Of a DNA stretch of 64,000 nt, positions 27,365-36,886 are shown piece by piece. Positions within the stretch are counted from its first letter, which is position 1. Each line of letters starts with the position of its first letter. This stretch comes from a virus, in the IMG/VR virus record IMGVR_UViG_3300030503_000573, positions 1 to 64,000 of that record, one strand, 5' to 3'. Made by a program: the position numbers and the translations under genes. The notes beneath the pieces were generated by a model. That model was not told the origin of the DNA and searched no databases. It saw only the letters and a program-made list of their open reading frames with translations.

Positions 27365-27616
27365 ATGATCAGCCGATACAAGCGCTACCGCAAGGGCAGC
27401 CTCGCCGACCAGGTGTACCTCCACGGGCCACCGCACGTGTGGCAGCCGTCCAGGGTCATCAAGGCTGCCCCGCTGATTGTGCCGTCGCGCCAGGTCAGCC
27501 GGGCCCGGGAGCGCGCTAGCCTCAAGCGAGGGACGCACGCTATGTCCTCTCAAATCCAGCTCCGGGCGCTGCGCGAGGCCCGGGCTATCAGGGACGGAAG
27601 GAGCGAGTTCGAATGA
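27365..27616 (+). CDS. Hypothetical basic protein
   Basis: ORF with GGAG RBS, coupled to next gene. Confidence 0.5.
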   Translation: MISRYKRYRKGSLADQVYLHGPPHVWQPSRVIKAAPLIVPSRQVSRARERASLKRGTHAMSSQIQLRALREARAIRDGRSEFE

Positions 27617-27930
27617 CCATGCCCGCGCGCCTCAGCGCCAAGCGGTTCCACCGCCGCACCCTGCCCGACGGCTTCGTGCCGGCGTACAGGTACCCCGTCA
27701 CGCGCCGGCACCGCCGGGCCGCCCTCGCCTGGGCGATCAAGGACGCGAAGCGCGACCCCGACGCGGTGCTCAAGTTCCAGCTCGCGCTTGAGGAGCTGCG
27801 GGCCACCTTTCACGCCTCGGTTGAGGCCGGGCTCGACCCCAAGTACCTCAACTCGCAGGCCCGTCAGATGCGCCAGCTCAAGCGCGCGGCGGCGGTGGCC
27901 AAGCGGTTCGCGAGGAAGCCAGCGCAATGA
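27613..27930 (+). CDS. Hypothetical basic protein
   Basis: ATGA-coupled ORF. Confidence 0.55.
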   Translation: MTMPARLSAKRFHRRTLPDGFVPAYRYPVTRRHRRAALAWAIKDAKRDPDAVLKFQLALEELRATFHASVEAGLDPKYLNSQARQMRQLKRAAAVAKRFARKPAQ

Positions 27931-28142
27931 TGAGCCGCTTTGAGTTCCTCGTCTTTCTGGCCATGGCCCTGGACCTGACTGTGTTCGCGGTCGACGGAGT
28001 TGTAGAAGGCTACTTCATGCACAGGCCACCAGGCGTCATAGCCATAGGCGCGGTGGCCTTCATGGGCCTGCTAGCATTCATCATACTGTGGGTCTTTATT
28101 GTCGAAGCCATCCGGTGCACGAGGTGGCATCGTGACTACTGA
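27927..28142 (+). CDS. Small two-TM membrane protein
   Basis: Two hydrophobic stretches; ATGA-coupled. Confidence 0.55.
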   Translation: MMSRFEFLVFLAMALDLTVFAVDGVVEGYFMHRPPGVIAIGAVAFMGLLAFIILWVFIVEAIRCTRWHRDY

Positions 28143-28707
28143 ACGCGACGGCGACCGAGCCACGGAGCAGGAAGAGGCTCCGCTTGACCCGAAGGAAGCA
28201 CCGGCGGTCGCCGCCGACAGGGAGGGGGCGGCGGGGGCCCGTAAGCCCCGGGTGACGACCAGCGCCGCCCCCTCCCGACCCCTCATCTTCGCCCCGCACC
28301 TGCCGATGCGCCGCGACCCCGAGACCCGGGCCTTCGTGCCCTCCATGGACCTGCGGCCGGTCTCGGCCCACGGCCAGCTGCGGTTCCTCATCCCAGGCGA
28401 CCACTGGGAGGTCGAGCGCATCCAGTCTTGCCCCGACGAGGCCCTAGCTACGATGACCCTGGGCCTCGCGCCGTACGACCACGCCCGGGGCGACGCCCTG
28501 CTGCTGGTAGGCTCGCCCCTGCTGATGGCCCTCATGGGGGCTGCGGCCGCCCCCCTGGGCCGCCCCCTCCGCTTCTTGCTGTGGCAGCGGCAGGAGCGGG
28601 TCTACGAGGCCTTCGAGGCCCACCCGGCCAGCTGCGCCGAAGCGTTGATAGCTCAAGCGAATGAGATAGCGCGCGGCCCCGGCCGGGCCGATAGTCACGC
28701 CTCATAA
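28132..28707 (+). CDS. Hypothetical protein of phage helicase/SSB gene clusters
   Basis: GDALLLVGSP...LLWQRQERVY motif. Confidence 0.55.
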   Translation: MTTERDGDRATEQEEAPLDPKEAPAVAADREGAAGARKPRVTTSAAPSRPLIFAPHLPMRRDPETRAFVPSMDLRPVSAHGQLRFLIPGDHWEVERIQSCPDEALATMTLGLAPYDHARGDALLLVGSPLLMALMGAAAAPLGRPLRFLLWQRQERVYEAFEAHPASCAEALIAQANEIARGPGRADSHAS

Positions 28708-28729
28708 GGCAAGAGGGGAACTCACCGAA

Positions 28730-29533
28730 ATGTCGCTCAAGGCTCGCCAGGGCGGATGCGAGGAAGCATCGCCATTCTCGCGGGAAGGCTACATCCCGTG
28801 CAACGCTCCCGCCGTGCGCATGATCAGCTGGCCTGATCGTGGTGAGGGCCCCTACCGCATGTGTGGGGCGTGCGCCGACCACAGCGTGAGGAACCGGGGC
28901 GCCACTGACATTGGCCCGTACGAGGGGCCGCCACTCACGGCTGTTCCACTGAGGGCCGACACGCTCACGGCCGACGCCGCCGCATACGAGGCCGACGCCG
29001 CAGACCCCACCGCGCAGGACGAGAACCTGCTGAGCCGCATCACCCGCCTCGCCCGCGAGGCCCGCGAGGCGGAGGCCGACGTGGAGCGCGCGAACGCCGC
29101 ACTCAAGGCTGCGCAGGACCGGGTGCGCGGGCTGGTCGAGAACATGCTGCCCAACGCCATGGACGAGGCCCAGCAGAAGAAGCTCACCACCACCGACGGG
29201 TGGGAGCTGTCGCGCGGCGAGATACTGCGGGCGTCGATACCGCCCGCGCTGCTCGACCGGGCGATCATGTGGCTCAACGCCAACGGGGCCGGCTCCATCG
29301 TCAAGCGCGAATTCAAGCTGGAGTTCGGCAAGGGCGAGGACCAGAAGGCCGCCGAGGCGCACGACCTGCTGCTGTCCAGGGGCTTCGCCCACGGCGACAA
29401 GCAGAGCGTCCACCCCCAGACCCTCCAGGCCACGCTCAAGGAGAAGATGGCCGCCGGGCAGGAGGTGCCCATGGACCTGTTCGGGGTGTACATACAGCCC
29501 ATCGTGCGCATGAAAGGTCCAAAGGGCGCGTGA
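28730..29533 (+). CDS. Conserved phage replication-cluster protein with Cys-rich N-terminal extension
   Basis: LPNAMDEA...WLNANGAGSIVKR...VHPQTLQA motif; precedes SSB. Confidence 0.6.
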   Translation: MSLKARQGGCEEASPFSREGYIPCNAPAVRMISWPDRGEGPYRMCGACADHSVRNRGATDIGPYEGPPLTAVPLRADTLTADAAAYEADAADPTAQDENLLSRITRLAREAREAEADVERANAALKAAQDRVRGLVENMLPNAMDEAQQKKLTTTDGWELSRGEILRASIPPALLDRAIMWLNANGAGSIVKREFKLEFGKGEDQKAAEAHDLLLSRGFAHGDKQSVHPQTLQATLKEKMAAGQEVPMDLFGVYIQPIVRMKGPKGA

Positions 29534-29649
29534 TGGGCTTCCTCGTCAACCTCGGCCTCGCCGTGCTGTTCACCCTTGCCACAGGTGCGCTGGGTGCTGG
29601 CCTGTTCGAGCTTGGCTGGGCGATGATGCACACGCCGGTGTGTCGCTAG
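29533..29649 (+). CDS. Small membrane protein (38 aa)
   Basis: TGATG coupling; hydrophobic. Confidence 0.45.
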   Translation: MGFLVNLGLAVLFTLATGALGAGLFELGWAMMHTPVCR

Positions 29650-29871
29650 ATGGGCAGCGCCATTCAGAAGGCCACTGCTGTCGCTGGGCTGATCGCCTCG
29701 ATGACTGCCGCCTACTGGATAGGTTTCCAGACGAGCAACGACCAGTTTGAACACCCCGCGTCATGCGGGGCGCAGGTGCCTGCGCCGGGGCACCCTAAAG
29801 AGCCCGCCGCATCTAGCACAGGAGGCCCGAGTGGCCACAGCAACGAAGGAGAAGCCGCCCGTCGGCGGTGA
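29650..29871 (+). CDS. Hypothetical membrane-anchored protein
   Basis: Abuts previous stop; N-terminal hydrophobic helix. Confidence 0.4.
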   Translation: MGSAIQKATAVAGLIASMTAAYWIGFQTSNDQFEHPASCGAQVPAPGHPKEPAASSTGGPSGHSNEGEAARRR

Positions 29872-30742
29872 GCAGGACCACGTCGACCCCAAGACGGGCG
29901 AGCTGGTCTCAGCAGAAGACCAGGCCCGGGCGCTCGCCCTGGCCGACGCAGAGGCCTACGACGAGGACGCCGGGGCCGGCTTTGAGAACCAGACGGCGGC
30001 CGACGTCGCGGTCCCGTTCCTCGCCGTGCTGCAGCCGACCTCGCCCCAGGTCCAGAGCGACCACCCCGACGCCCCCCGCCCCGGCGGCATCATCAACACC
30101 ACCACCGGTGCTGTGGTGCTGGGCTCGGTAGGCATGCTGTTCGTGCCGGCCCTCACGCGCCACGTCTTCGTGGAGTGGGTGGACCGCGACAAGGGCGGTG
30201 GCTACATCGGGGAGCACGAGGTCGACTCAGACCTCATCAAGCGGGTGCGCACCACCCAGCCGCTCGGCGACTACAAGCACCCCGAGACCGGCAACGACCT
30301 GGTCGAGACCTTCTACGTCTACGGCCTCCAGGTTGGCGACGACGGCATCGGGTGGCCGGCGATCTTCCCGTTCTCCTCGACGTTCATCCGCCCCTACCGC
30401 GACTGGATGTTCAAGGCGAAGTCCATCTCCATCAAGCTGCCCGACAGGGTGCTGACGAACCTGCCGCTCTTCGCCCACACCTGGCGCATCAAGACCGTGC
30501 GCAACGAGAAGAACGGCAACACCTGGTTCACCCCGGTGGTCGGCTTCGCGGGCAACGACGCCGAGGACAGCCGGAACCCGCCGACTTCGCAGCTGTACGA
30601 GGGCGCCAAGCAGGTGCGGGCGGCGATCTCCTCCGGGGCCCTGCGCGCCGCGACCGAGACTCTGGCCGGCGGTGGCAAGCCGGAGGACGGAGCCGGCCGC
30701 GAGGGTCGCGAGACCAAGAAGGCGGCGAACGCGCCGTTCTAG
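29831..30742 (+). CDS. Putative single-stranded DNA-binding protein
   Basis: AGGAGG RBS before GTG; GFEN..AADVAVPFLAVLQPTSPQV motif; flexible tail ending in PF. Confidence 0.7.
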   Translation: MATATKEKPPVGGEQDHVDPKTGELVSAEDQARALALADAEAYDEDAGAGFENQTAADVAVPFLAVLQPTSPQVQSDHPDAPRPGGIINTTTGAVVLGSVGMLFVPALTRHVFVEWVDRDKGGGYIGEHEVDSDLIKRVRTTQPLGDYKHPETGNDLVETFYVYGLQVGDDGIGWPAIFPFSSTFIRPYRDWMFKAKSISIKLPDRVLTNLPLFAHTWRIKTVRNEKNGNTWFTPVVGFAGNDAEDSRNPPTSQLYEGAKQVRAAISSGALRAATETLAGGGKPEDGAGREGRETKKAANAPF

Positions 30743-30748
30743 CCGAAC

Positions 30749-30810
30749 GGCCGGGGGAAGCGAAGACCCCGGCCCAGGCCCCGCCGAGAAGTTCCCCTCC
30801 CGGCGGGGCC
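30749..30810 (+). terminator. Twin GC hairpins after SSB gene (attenuator or mRNA stabiliser)
   Basis: GGCCGGGG/CCCCGGCC (30749-30774) and GGCCCCGCCG/CGGCGGGGCC (30777-30810); no U tract. Confidence 0.4.
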
Positions 30811-30832
30811 GCCCCCTTGATGGAGCACACCC

Positions 30833-32080
30833 GTGGACGGCTCTGGACTCTCATGGAACCCCCAGCAGCAGGGGGCCCTCGACCGGGCCCGGCGCTGGCT
30901 GGACGCGCCCGTGCGGGCCGAGAGCCAGGTCTTCCGCATGTTCGGGTACGCAGGCGTCGGCAAGACGACACTGGCCCGCACGCTGGCGCAGCACGCCGGC
31001 CCGGGGGTGCTGGCCGCCGCCTACACCGGCAAGGCGGCCCACGTGCTGACGCAGAAGGGGCTGCCGGCCCAGACCATCCACAGCCTCATCTACGACCCCG
31101 CCGGCATGGACAACCGGAAGGAAGCCGCGCTCCGGTTGGAGCTGTCACAGCTGGAGCAGGTGCAGGAGGCCGAGCCGAACCCGCTGACCGAGCAGCGCAT
31201 CGAAGCGCTCCAGCACGCCATCGAGAAGGCCCGCGCGAGCGCCCAGATGCGGTGGACGCTCAAGGAGTACTCGGACCTCGCCGACGCCTCGCTGCTGATA
31301 CTCGACGAGGTCTCCATGGTCGACGAGGAGGTGGCCCGCGACCTGCTGAGCTTCGGGGTGCGGGTGCTGTGTCTGGGCGACCCGGCCCAGCTGCCACCGG
31401 TGCGGGGCGCGGGGTTCTTCATGGACGCCGAGCCGGACGTGCTGCTCACCGAGGTGGTGCGGCAGGCGGCTGACAACCCCATCCTCGCGCTGGCCACGGC
31501 CGCCCGCGAAGGCCGGAGCATACCGTACGGTGAGTGGGAGACCGCCGCCGGCTCGGCGCGCGTGGTGCGCCGCGTAGGAGCCGAGAGCGCCCAGACAGCT
31601 GACCAGATCATCTGCGGCACCAACCGCAAGCGCCAGTCCATCAACGCCCGCATGCGGCAGCTGAAGGGCATGCTGGGCTACGACATGCCGCAGCCCGGCG
31701 AGCGCCTCATCTGCCTGCGCAACGACCGCGAGCGCGGGCTGCTCAACGGGCAGATGTGGGGTGTGCTGGACCGCGACGGGCCGGTTTGGAGCCCGGGGGA
31801 CGAGGCGGTTGACCTGTGGCTCCAGGAGGAAGGCTCCGACCGTGTGGAGCACCTGCTGGTCGAGGCCCCTGGGTTGCTCGACGAGGCCCAGCTGTCCAAG
31901 TGGCCGCTCGCGGCCCAGATGACGTGGGGCTACGCAGTGACCGTGCACAAGGCTCAGGGAAGCGAGTGGGGCCGGGTGCTGATGTTCGACGACTGGCCTG
32001 GCTCGGGCGAGGAGCGGCAGCGCTGGCTGTACACGGGGCTGACCCGGGCAGCGCGCGAGCTGGTGCTGGTGAGGGAGTGA
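30833..32080 (+). CDS. Dda/RecD-like SF1B helicase
   Basis: GYAGVGKTT, LDEVSMV, LGDPAQLPPV, TVHKAQGSEW, YTGLTRA. Confidence 0.92.
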   Translation: MDGSGLSWNPQQQGALDRARRWLDAPVRAESQVFRMFGYAGVGKTTLARTLAQHAGPGVLAAAYTGKAAHVLTQKGLPAQTIHSLIYDPAGMDNRKEAALRLELSQLEQVQEAEPNPLTEQRIEALQHAIEKARASAQMRWTLKEYSDLADASLLILDEVSMVDEEVARDLLSFGVRVLCLGDPAQLPPVRGAGFFMDAEPDVLLTEVVRQAADNPILALATAAREGRSIPYGEWETAAGSARVVRRVGAESAQTADQIICGTNRKRQSINARMRQLKGMLGYDMPQPGERLICLRNDRERGLLNGQMWGVLDRDGPVWSPGDEAVDLWLQEEGSDRVEHLLVEAPGLLDEAQLSKWPLAAQMTWGYAVTVHKAQGSEWGRVLMFDDWPGSGEERQRWLYTGLTRAARELVLVRE

Positions 32081-32316
32081 TGAGGAAAGAACGCAGCACC
32101 GAGCTGGGGCTGACCTTCATCATGGTCAGGCAGGTCAGGGACCAGCATGGGGTCACCGTCGTGCTGCGGGCAGTCGACTCTGCGGTGGATGAGGCCACAA
32201 TGCTGCCCGGGGGCACCCGCGTGACTGGTGAGCTCAGCTTTACCTTCACAGACATGGTATCCTTTGATCAGATGAGCTGGGACTTCCGCCGGCCAGTCAA
32301 GGGGAGTGTGGGGTGA
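32080..32316 (+). CDS. Hypothetical protein
   Basis: TGATG-coupled ORF. Confidence 0.5.
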   Translation: MRKERSTELGLTFIMVRQVRDQHGVTVVLRAVDSAVDEATMLPGGTRVTGELSFTFTDMVSFDQMSWDFRRPVKGSVG

Positions 32317-32819
32317 GGCCAGTCCTGGTGGGCATAGCGCCGAGCCGTCCAGGGTCGGAAGGGCAGCCACTCTCGGCGCTCGGCGGCCGCAGTACGGGGG
32401 CAACGCTGGCCGAGCTGGCTGGGCTCTCGGCGTCCCAGTACATGATGCGCTTCGACCGGGTGAACCTCTGCGCCACTACCCAGGCCAGCACGATCAGGAC
32501 GTCAGTCGGGCGGCCCTACGCCGAGATGCTGGCAGGTTCGCTGCTGCGGGGCCGGCGCGTCGTCCTTCTGGGCATGAACGTGGTCGAGTGCTTTGGGCTG
32601 GAGGAGTTCCGGTGTGACCTGGCCGAGTGGTTCGATACCAGGGAGATCAGGCCACAGGCGGGCTGGGCCGGCTACCGTGCTGGCATGGTCCCGCCATTCA
32701 ACTACGCCATCCTGCCGCACCCCAGCGGGCGCAACCGCTGGTACAACGAACCCGCCAACCGCGAGCGCGCCCGGGCCTTCATGACCGAGCTGGCCGAGGG
32801 CTGGGAAGGAGCCGACTGA
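32313..32819 (+). CDS. Uracil-DNA glycosylase-like superfamily protein
   Basis: VLVGIAPS, VNL, VVLLG, LPHPSGRNRWYN motifs. Confidence 0.7.
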   Translation: MRPVLVGIAPSRPGSEGQPLSALGGRSTGATLAELAGLSASQYMMRFDRVNLCATTQASTIRTSVGRPYAEMLAGSLLRGRRVVLLGMNVVECFGLEEFRCDLAEWFDTREIRPQAGWAGYRAGMVPPFNYAILPHPSGRNRWYNEPANRERARAFMTELAEGWEGAD

Positions 32820-33100
32820 TGCCACACCTCACCCGCGCCCTGCGCGTCATCTCCAACACCGGCGTCGTTGCCTTCATCGGCCTGTCGGTCTACTACTCGT
32901 ACACCGGCGACCACCACGCCTCGACCTACTCGATGCTGTGGGCGATCTTCTTCCGCCTGCTGATCACCGAGCAGAACTTCCAGCGCCGGGCCGAGGAGCG
33001 CTCGGCCGAGCGAACCCGAATAGACACCGTCAGAGACGGCGCGGCGGCCCTTGCGAGGGCTGGGACCGCCGCGCCAACCCAGCCCCAGGAGGACAGATGA
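32819..33100 (+). CDS. Membrane protein
   Basis: TGATG-coupled; two hydrophobic segments. Confidence 0.5.
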   Translation: MPHLTRALRVISNTGVVAFIGLSVYYSYTGDHHASTYSMLWAIFFRLLITEQNFQRRAEERSAERTRIDTVRDGAAALARAGTAAPTQPQEDR

Positions 33101-33681
33101 ACTACGGGCGTGTGTACCGCGAGTTCATCGCCGACCGACTGGGGAAGCAGGCCCAGCTGGAGGTGTATGAGACGCATCACATCAGACCGCGCTGCCTCAA
33201 GGGAGGCGACGAGCCCAGCAACCTGATTAGGTTGAGCGCTCCAGATCACCTCTTCGCTCATCTGCTGCTCGCCCGCATACACGGAGGCGCGCTCGCGTTC
33301 TCATTCATCTGGATGCTGGGCATGCAGAAGTATGCTGGGAGGCGTTCGCGCAGGACCTATGAGCAGCTGAGGGCGCAGCACCGAGCCCATGTGAGCAGCC
33401 TCAGAAGCGGGGCCTCAGCATCTGAGGTCACCCGCCAGAGGCAGAGCGAGGCTGCCGTCAGACGCTTCAAGGACTCTGAGCAACTAAGACGCCACATCGA
33501 GGCGCGGCGCGGGAGGCCACAGCCGCCGCGCTCAGATGCCCACAGGGAGAGCCTGAGGCGCTCAGCGGCGCTCTGGCAGTCGAAGCCGGAGGCGAAGGCC
33601 GCAGCGAGTGAGCGCGCCCGCAAGCAGTGGCAGCCTGGAGGCTGTCTGTACGAGAAGTTCAAGGGGAATAGCAACGCATGA
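33097..33681 (+). CDS. HNH homing endonuclease
   Basis: MNYGRVY...YETHHIRPRCLKGGDEPSNLIRLS..DHLFAH; basic NUMOD-like tail; free-standing before RNR. Confidence 0.85.
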   Translation: MNYGRVYREFIADRLGKQAQLEVYETHHIRPRCLKGGDEPSNLIRLSAPDHLFAHLLLARIHGGALAFSFIWMLGMQKYAGRRSRRTYEQLRAQHRAHVSSLRSGASASEVTRQRQSEAAVRRFKDSEQLRRHIEARRGRPQPPRSDAHRESLRRSAALWQSKPEAKAAASERARKQWQPGGCLYEKFKGNSNA

Positions 33682-35663
33682 CCGAGATGTCCGCCAGGGC
33701 GAAGGCGATATTCATACGCACCTACAGCCGGCCGAAGGAGGGCGGCGGGTACGAGACCTATGAAGAAGTCATGGAGCGCGTCACCGGCCACCAGCGCTGG
33801 CTCTGGGAGCGCTCTCTGGGCCGGGCGCTCGACCCCCGAGAGGAGGCTGAGCTGGGTGCCCTAAAGGCCCTCTTCCTGGCGCGCAAATGCATGCCAGCCG
33901 GACGCACCCTGTGGCTCGGCGGCACTGAGATAGCCCGCAGCCGGGAGATCAGCCAGTTCAACTGCTCCGGGCTCGTCGTCAAGACTATCCATGATGTCGT
34001 GGACGTCGCGTGGCTCTTGTTAAATGGCGCGGGGGTGGGGGCCAAGCCCACGCAGGGCGTGCTGAACGGCTTCGCCAGACCCATCGACGACGTGAGGGTG
34101 ATACGGTCCGAGCGCACCGAGAAGGGCGGCGAGGAGCACAACACCGAGACCTTCGACCGCGAGACCGGGGTGTGGACCATCCGGGTCGGCGACAGCGGTG
34201 AGGCCTGGGCCAAGGCTGTGGGCAAGCTGCTGGGAGGCAAGTGGGCGGCGAGGTCTCTGGTGCTGGACTTCTCCCAGATCAGGCCAGAGGGCTCGCTGCT
34301 GGCGAGGTATGGGTGGCGCTCCTCGGGCGACTCGGTCATCTCGGTTGAGATGGTCAAGATGGCTTCCCTGCTTAGCCGCCGGGCCGGCCAGCTGCTCTCC
34401 AAGCTGGACATCGCTGACATCGTCAACCACCTCGGGGTCATCCAGACGGGCCGTCGTGGGGCCGAGATACTGCTGATGGACAGCGATGACCCCGAGGCCG
34501 ACGCCTTCGCTGCCTTCAAGGCCCGCTACTGGGAGCGGCCGGAGACGCACCACAGGGCTCAGAGCAACAACTCCCTGGTGTTCTCAGACCGGCCGAGCAG
34601 GACACGGCTGCGGGAGATATTCGACGAGATGATGTCTAACGGCGGCAATGAGCCGGGCTTCATCAACGGCGAGGCCGCCCGAGCACGCGCCCCCTGGTTC
34701 TACACCGTCAATCCTTGTGCTGAGATACTGCTGGCCGACCGGGGCCTGTGCAACCTAACCGAGACCTCGGTGGCCGCCTTCGACCGCATGGACGACCTGC
34801 TTGAGGCTCTGAGGCTGATCGCCCGGGCGAACTACAGGCAGACGCTGGTGGAACTCGACGACGGTATTCTGCAGCGCTCCTGGCACGAGAACCAGGCATT
34901 CCTGAGGCTGTGCGGGGTCTCCCTCACCGGGGTGGCCCAGCGGCCGGACCTCACGGCCCACGACCTGCGCATGATGAGAAACGCGGCTGTGAGCGGGGCC
35001 TGGGCGATGGCCGATGAGCTGGGTACCCCGCGCCCCAAGAATGTCACCTGCGTGAAGCCGTCCGGCACGCTGGGCAAGGTGATGGACGCCGCCGAGGGGG
35101 CCCACGTGCCGCCCGGCCGCCACATCATCAACTCTGTGGTCTACGCCCGCACCGACCCGCTGGTGGGCCGGCTACGCGAGGCTGGGTATCGGGTCAGGCC
35201 ACATCCGACGGCCGAGACGCAGGTGCTGGTTGCCTTCCCGGTTGAGTTCAGCGGTGGTCACTTTACGCCGGAGCCGGGACCGACCGGCGGCACCATGTGG
35301 GTGAATCGAGAGACGGCGCTCGCCCAGCTCAGGCGGTATCGGCTGCTGCAGGAGAACTTCTCGGACCAGAATGTATCGCTCACGGTCAGCTACACGCCCG
35401 ACGAGGTCGACGGCGTGTGCGACTGGCTGTACGCAAACTGGGGCGGCTACGTGGGTGTAGCCTGGATGCTGCGGATGGACCCAGCCACGACGCCCGAGAG
35501 CGTAGGGGCCCCATACCTGCCCCAGCAGGTGGTGACGCAGGAGGCCTACGCCGAGTACATCGCCGAGCTGCGCGAAGTCGACTGGGAAGACGCGGGCGGT
35601 GCGGTCGAGGAGAATGACGCCCTCGACCCGGATTGCGAGGGCGGGGTATGCCCGGTGAGGTGA
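33678..35663 (+). CDS. nrdJ: Class II (adenosylcobalamin-dependent) ribonucleotide reductase
   Basis: FNCS, NPCAEI, CNL, TCVKPSGT, C-terminal CEGGVCPVR; no beta subunit nearby. Confidence 0.92.
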   Translation: MTEMSARAKAIFIRTYSRPKEGGGYETYEEVMERVTGHQRWLWERSLGRALDPREEAELGALKALFLARKCMPAGRTLWLGGTEIARSREISQFNCSGLVVKTIHDVVDVAWLLLNGAGVGAKPTQGVLNGFARPIDDVRVIRSERTEKGGEEHNTETFDRETGVWTIRVGDSGEAWAKAVGKLLGGKWAARSLVLDFSQIRPEGSLLARYGWRSSGDSVISVEMVKMASLLSRRAGQLLSKLDIADIVNHLGVIQTGRRGAEILLMDSDDPEADAFAAFKARYWERPETHHRAQSNNSLVFSDRPSRTRLREIFDEMMSNGGNEPGFINGEAARARAPWFYTVNPCAEILLADRGLCNLTETSVAAFDRMDDLLEALRLIARANYRQTLVELDDGILQRSWHENQAFLRLCGVSLTGVAQRPDLTAHDLRMMRNAAVSGAWAMADELGTPRPKNVTCVKPSGTLGKVMDAAEGAHVPPGRHIINSVVYARTDPLVGRLREAGYRVRPHPTAETQVLVAFPVEFSGGHFTPEPGPTGGTMWVNRETALAQLRRYRLLQENFSDQNVSLTVSYTPDEVDGVCDWLYANWGGYVGVAWMLRMDPATTPESVGAPYLPQQVVTQEAYAEYIAELREVDWEDAGGAVEENDALDPDCEGGVCPVR

Positions 35664-35673
35664 GGAGAACAAG

Positions 35674-36234
35674 ATGACGCGCCATGCAATGATAGACTTA
35701 GAGACCCTCGGGGTAGGCCCCCGCGCGGTCATCGTCCAGGTAGGGATATGCTTCTTTGACCCGTGGGCTCCCAAGCACGTGGCCGACCTGGAGGGCCACT
35801 CCTGGAATGTGGACCCGGAGTCGTGCGCCTCCCTGGGCGGCCAGTATGATGGCAGCACCATCATGTGGTGGCTAGCTCAAAGCGCAGTGACGCGCGAAGG
35901 GATTGCGCCGGGAGCATCTCGCTGGGTCATGCGGTCGGTGCTGAACGTTCTCACAGCCGTCATGCAGAGGGGCGCGGCGGTCGAGGGTGTCTGGGCGCAG
36001 GGCGCGGCCTTCGACATCCCCATCCTGGAGCACTACTTCTCGACGGCCGGGTTAGAAGTTCCCTGGGGCTATGGCCGGGTTCGCGACACCCGCACGGTGT
36101 ACTGGGCTGCCGAGTCCCTTGGCTGGCAGCGCGACAGGAGCACCACGGCCCACTCGGCGCTCGCCGACTGCCGGGCCCAGGTCGCCCAGCTGCAGTCGGC
36201 GCTCGCCGTCATCGGCAGCAGCAGGCAGCCATGA
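35674..36234 (+). CDS. DEDDh 3'-5' exonuclease
   Basis: MIDLETLG, FDIPIL, RDTRT, HSALADC. Confidence 0.88.
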   Translation: MTRHAMIDLETLGVGPRAVIVQVGICFFDPWAPKHVADLEGHSWNVDPESCASLGGQYDGSTIMWWLAQSAVTREGIAPGASRWVMRSVLNVLTAVMQRGAAVEGVWAQGAAFDIPILEHYFSTAGLEVPWGYGRVRDTRTVYWAAESLGWQRDRSTTAHSALADCRAQVAQLQSALAVIGSSRQP

Positions 36235-36440
36235 GCAAGTTCGGCGACGAGAGCGATACCTACGACCTGGAGTACCTCGGCCTCACCCGTGCAGGCAACG
36301 CCTACATGGTTGACGACGGCGACGGCAACACCGTCTTCCTGCCGACGAGCCGGGTTGAGCCGGTGGGCGCGCTCGTCGTCAACAAGACGTGCAAGTTCGA
36401 CATCCCCAACTGGCTCGCCGAGCGCGAGGGCCTATGTTAG
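36231..36440 (+). CDS. Hypothetical protein
   Basis: ATGA-coupled; VFLPTS...IPNWLAEREGL small conserved phage motif. Confidence 0.6.
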   Translation: MSKFGDESDTYDLEYLGLTRAGNAYMVDDGDGNTVFLPTSRVEPVGALVVNKTCKFDIPNWLAEREGLC

Positions 36441-36452
36441 CCAAAATACCAC

Positions 36453-36518
36453 TTGACTTACCCACCGGTGGTCACTAAGGGAGGGGGTGGGCGCGAGGCG
36501 TGCCCGCATCATAAGGAG
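36453..36518 (+). promoter_or_regulatory. Conserved sigma70-type promoter P1 + leader hairpin + RBS
   Basis: TTGACT-17-TAAGGG, hairpin 36487-36507, CATAAGGAG; repeated at 55190 and 58650. Confidence 0.8.
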
Positions 36519-36528
36519 GCCAGACCAG

Positions 36529-36858
36529 ATGACGAAGAGCCAGCCCCAGTTCGCCTTCACGGTGCGCCGGACCACCTATGAGTTCGAGGGTCGCTACGTC
36601 TCGACCAGCACTCAGGTCGTCTCCCGCGAATACTTCTGCTCGGCGGCTGGGGCCGCGTTCGCCTGCCGCCGCGCCGGTGACCCCGGCGACACGACCGACG
36701 GTGGCGTCTGTGGCGCGATTGAGAAGCTCCAGCCCGGCATGGTCTATGACTTCCAGCTCAATCAATGGGTTCCCGGCATGGAGTGGAAGCCCTGGTACGG
36801 AGAGGCGTGGGCGGCTCGCGAGCCGGTCGCCGATCCCTTTGACGACATGCCGTTCTGA
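36529..36858 (+). CDS. Hypothetical early protein
   Basis: First ORF after P1 with TAAGGAGG RBS. Confidence 0.65.
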   Translation: MTKSQPQFAFTVRRTTYEFEGRYVSTSTQVVSREYFCSAAGAAFACRRAGDPGDTTDGGVCGAIEKLQPGMVYDFQLNQWVPGMEWKPWYGEAWAAREPVADPFDDMPF

Positions 36859-36886
36859 AGCATCAATCAGCATAAGGAGACATCAG

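Noticed and set aside
33097-35663. Intron or intein associated with the HNH next to nrdJ (also checked terL and polA)
   Set aside because: Host genes are uninterrupted and normal length; the three HNH genes are free-standing, which is common
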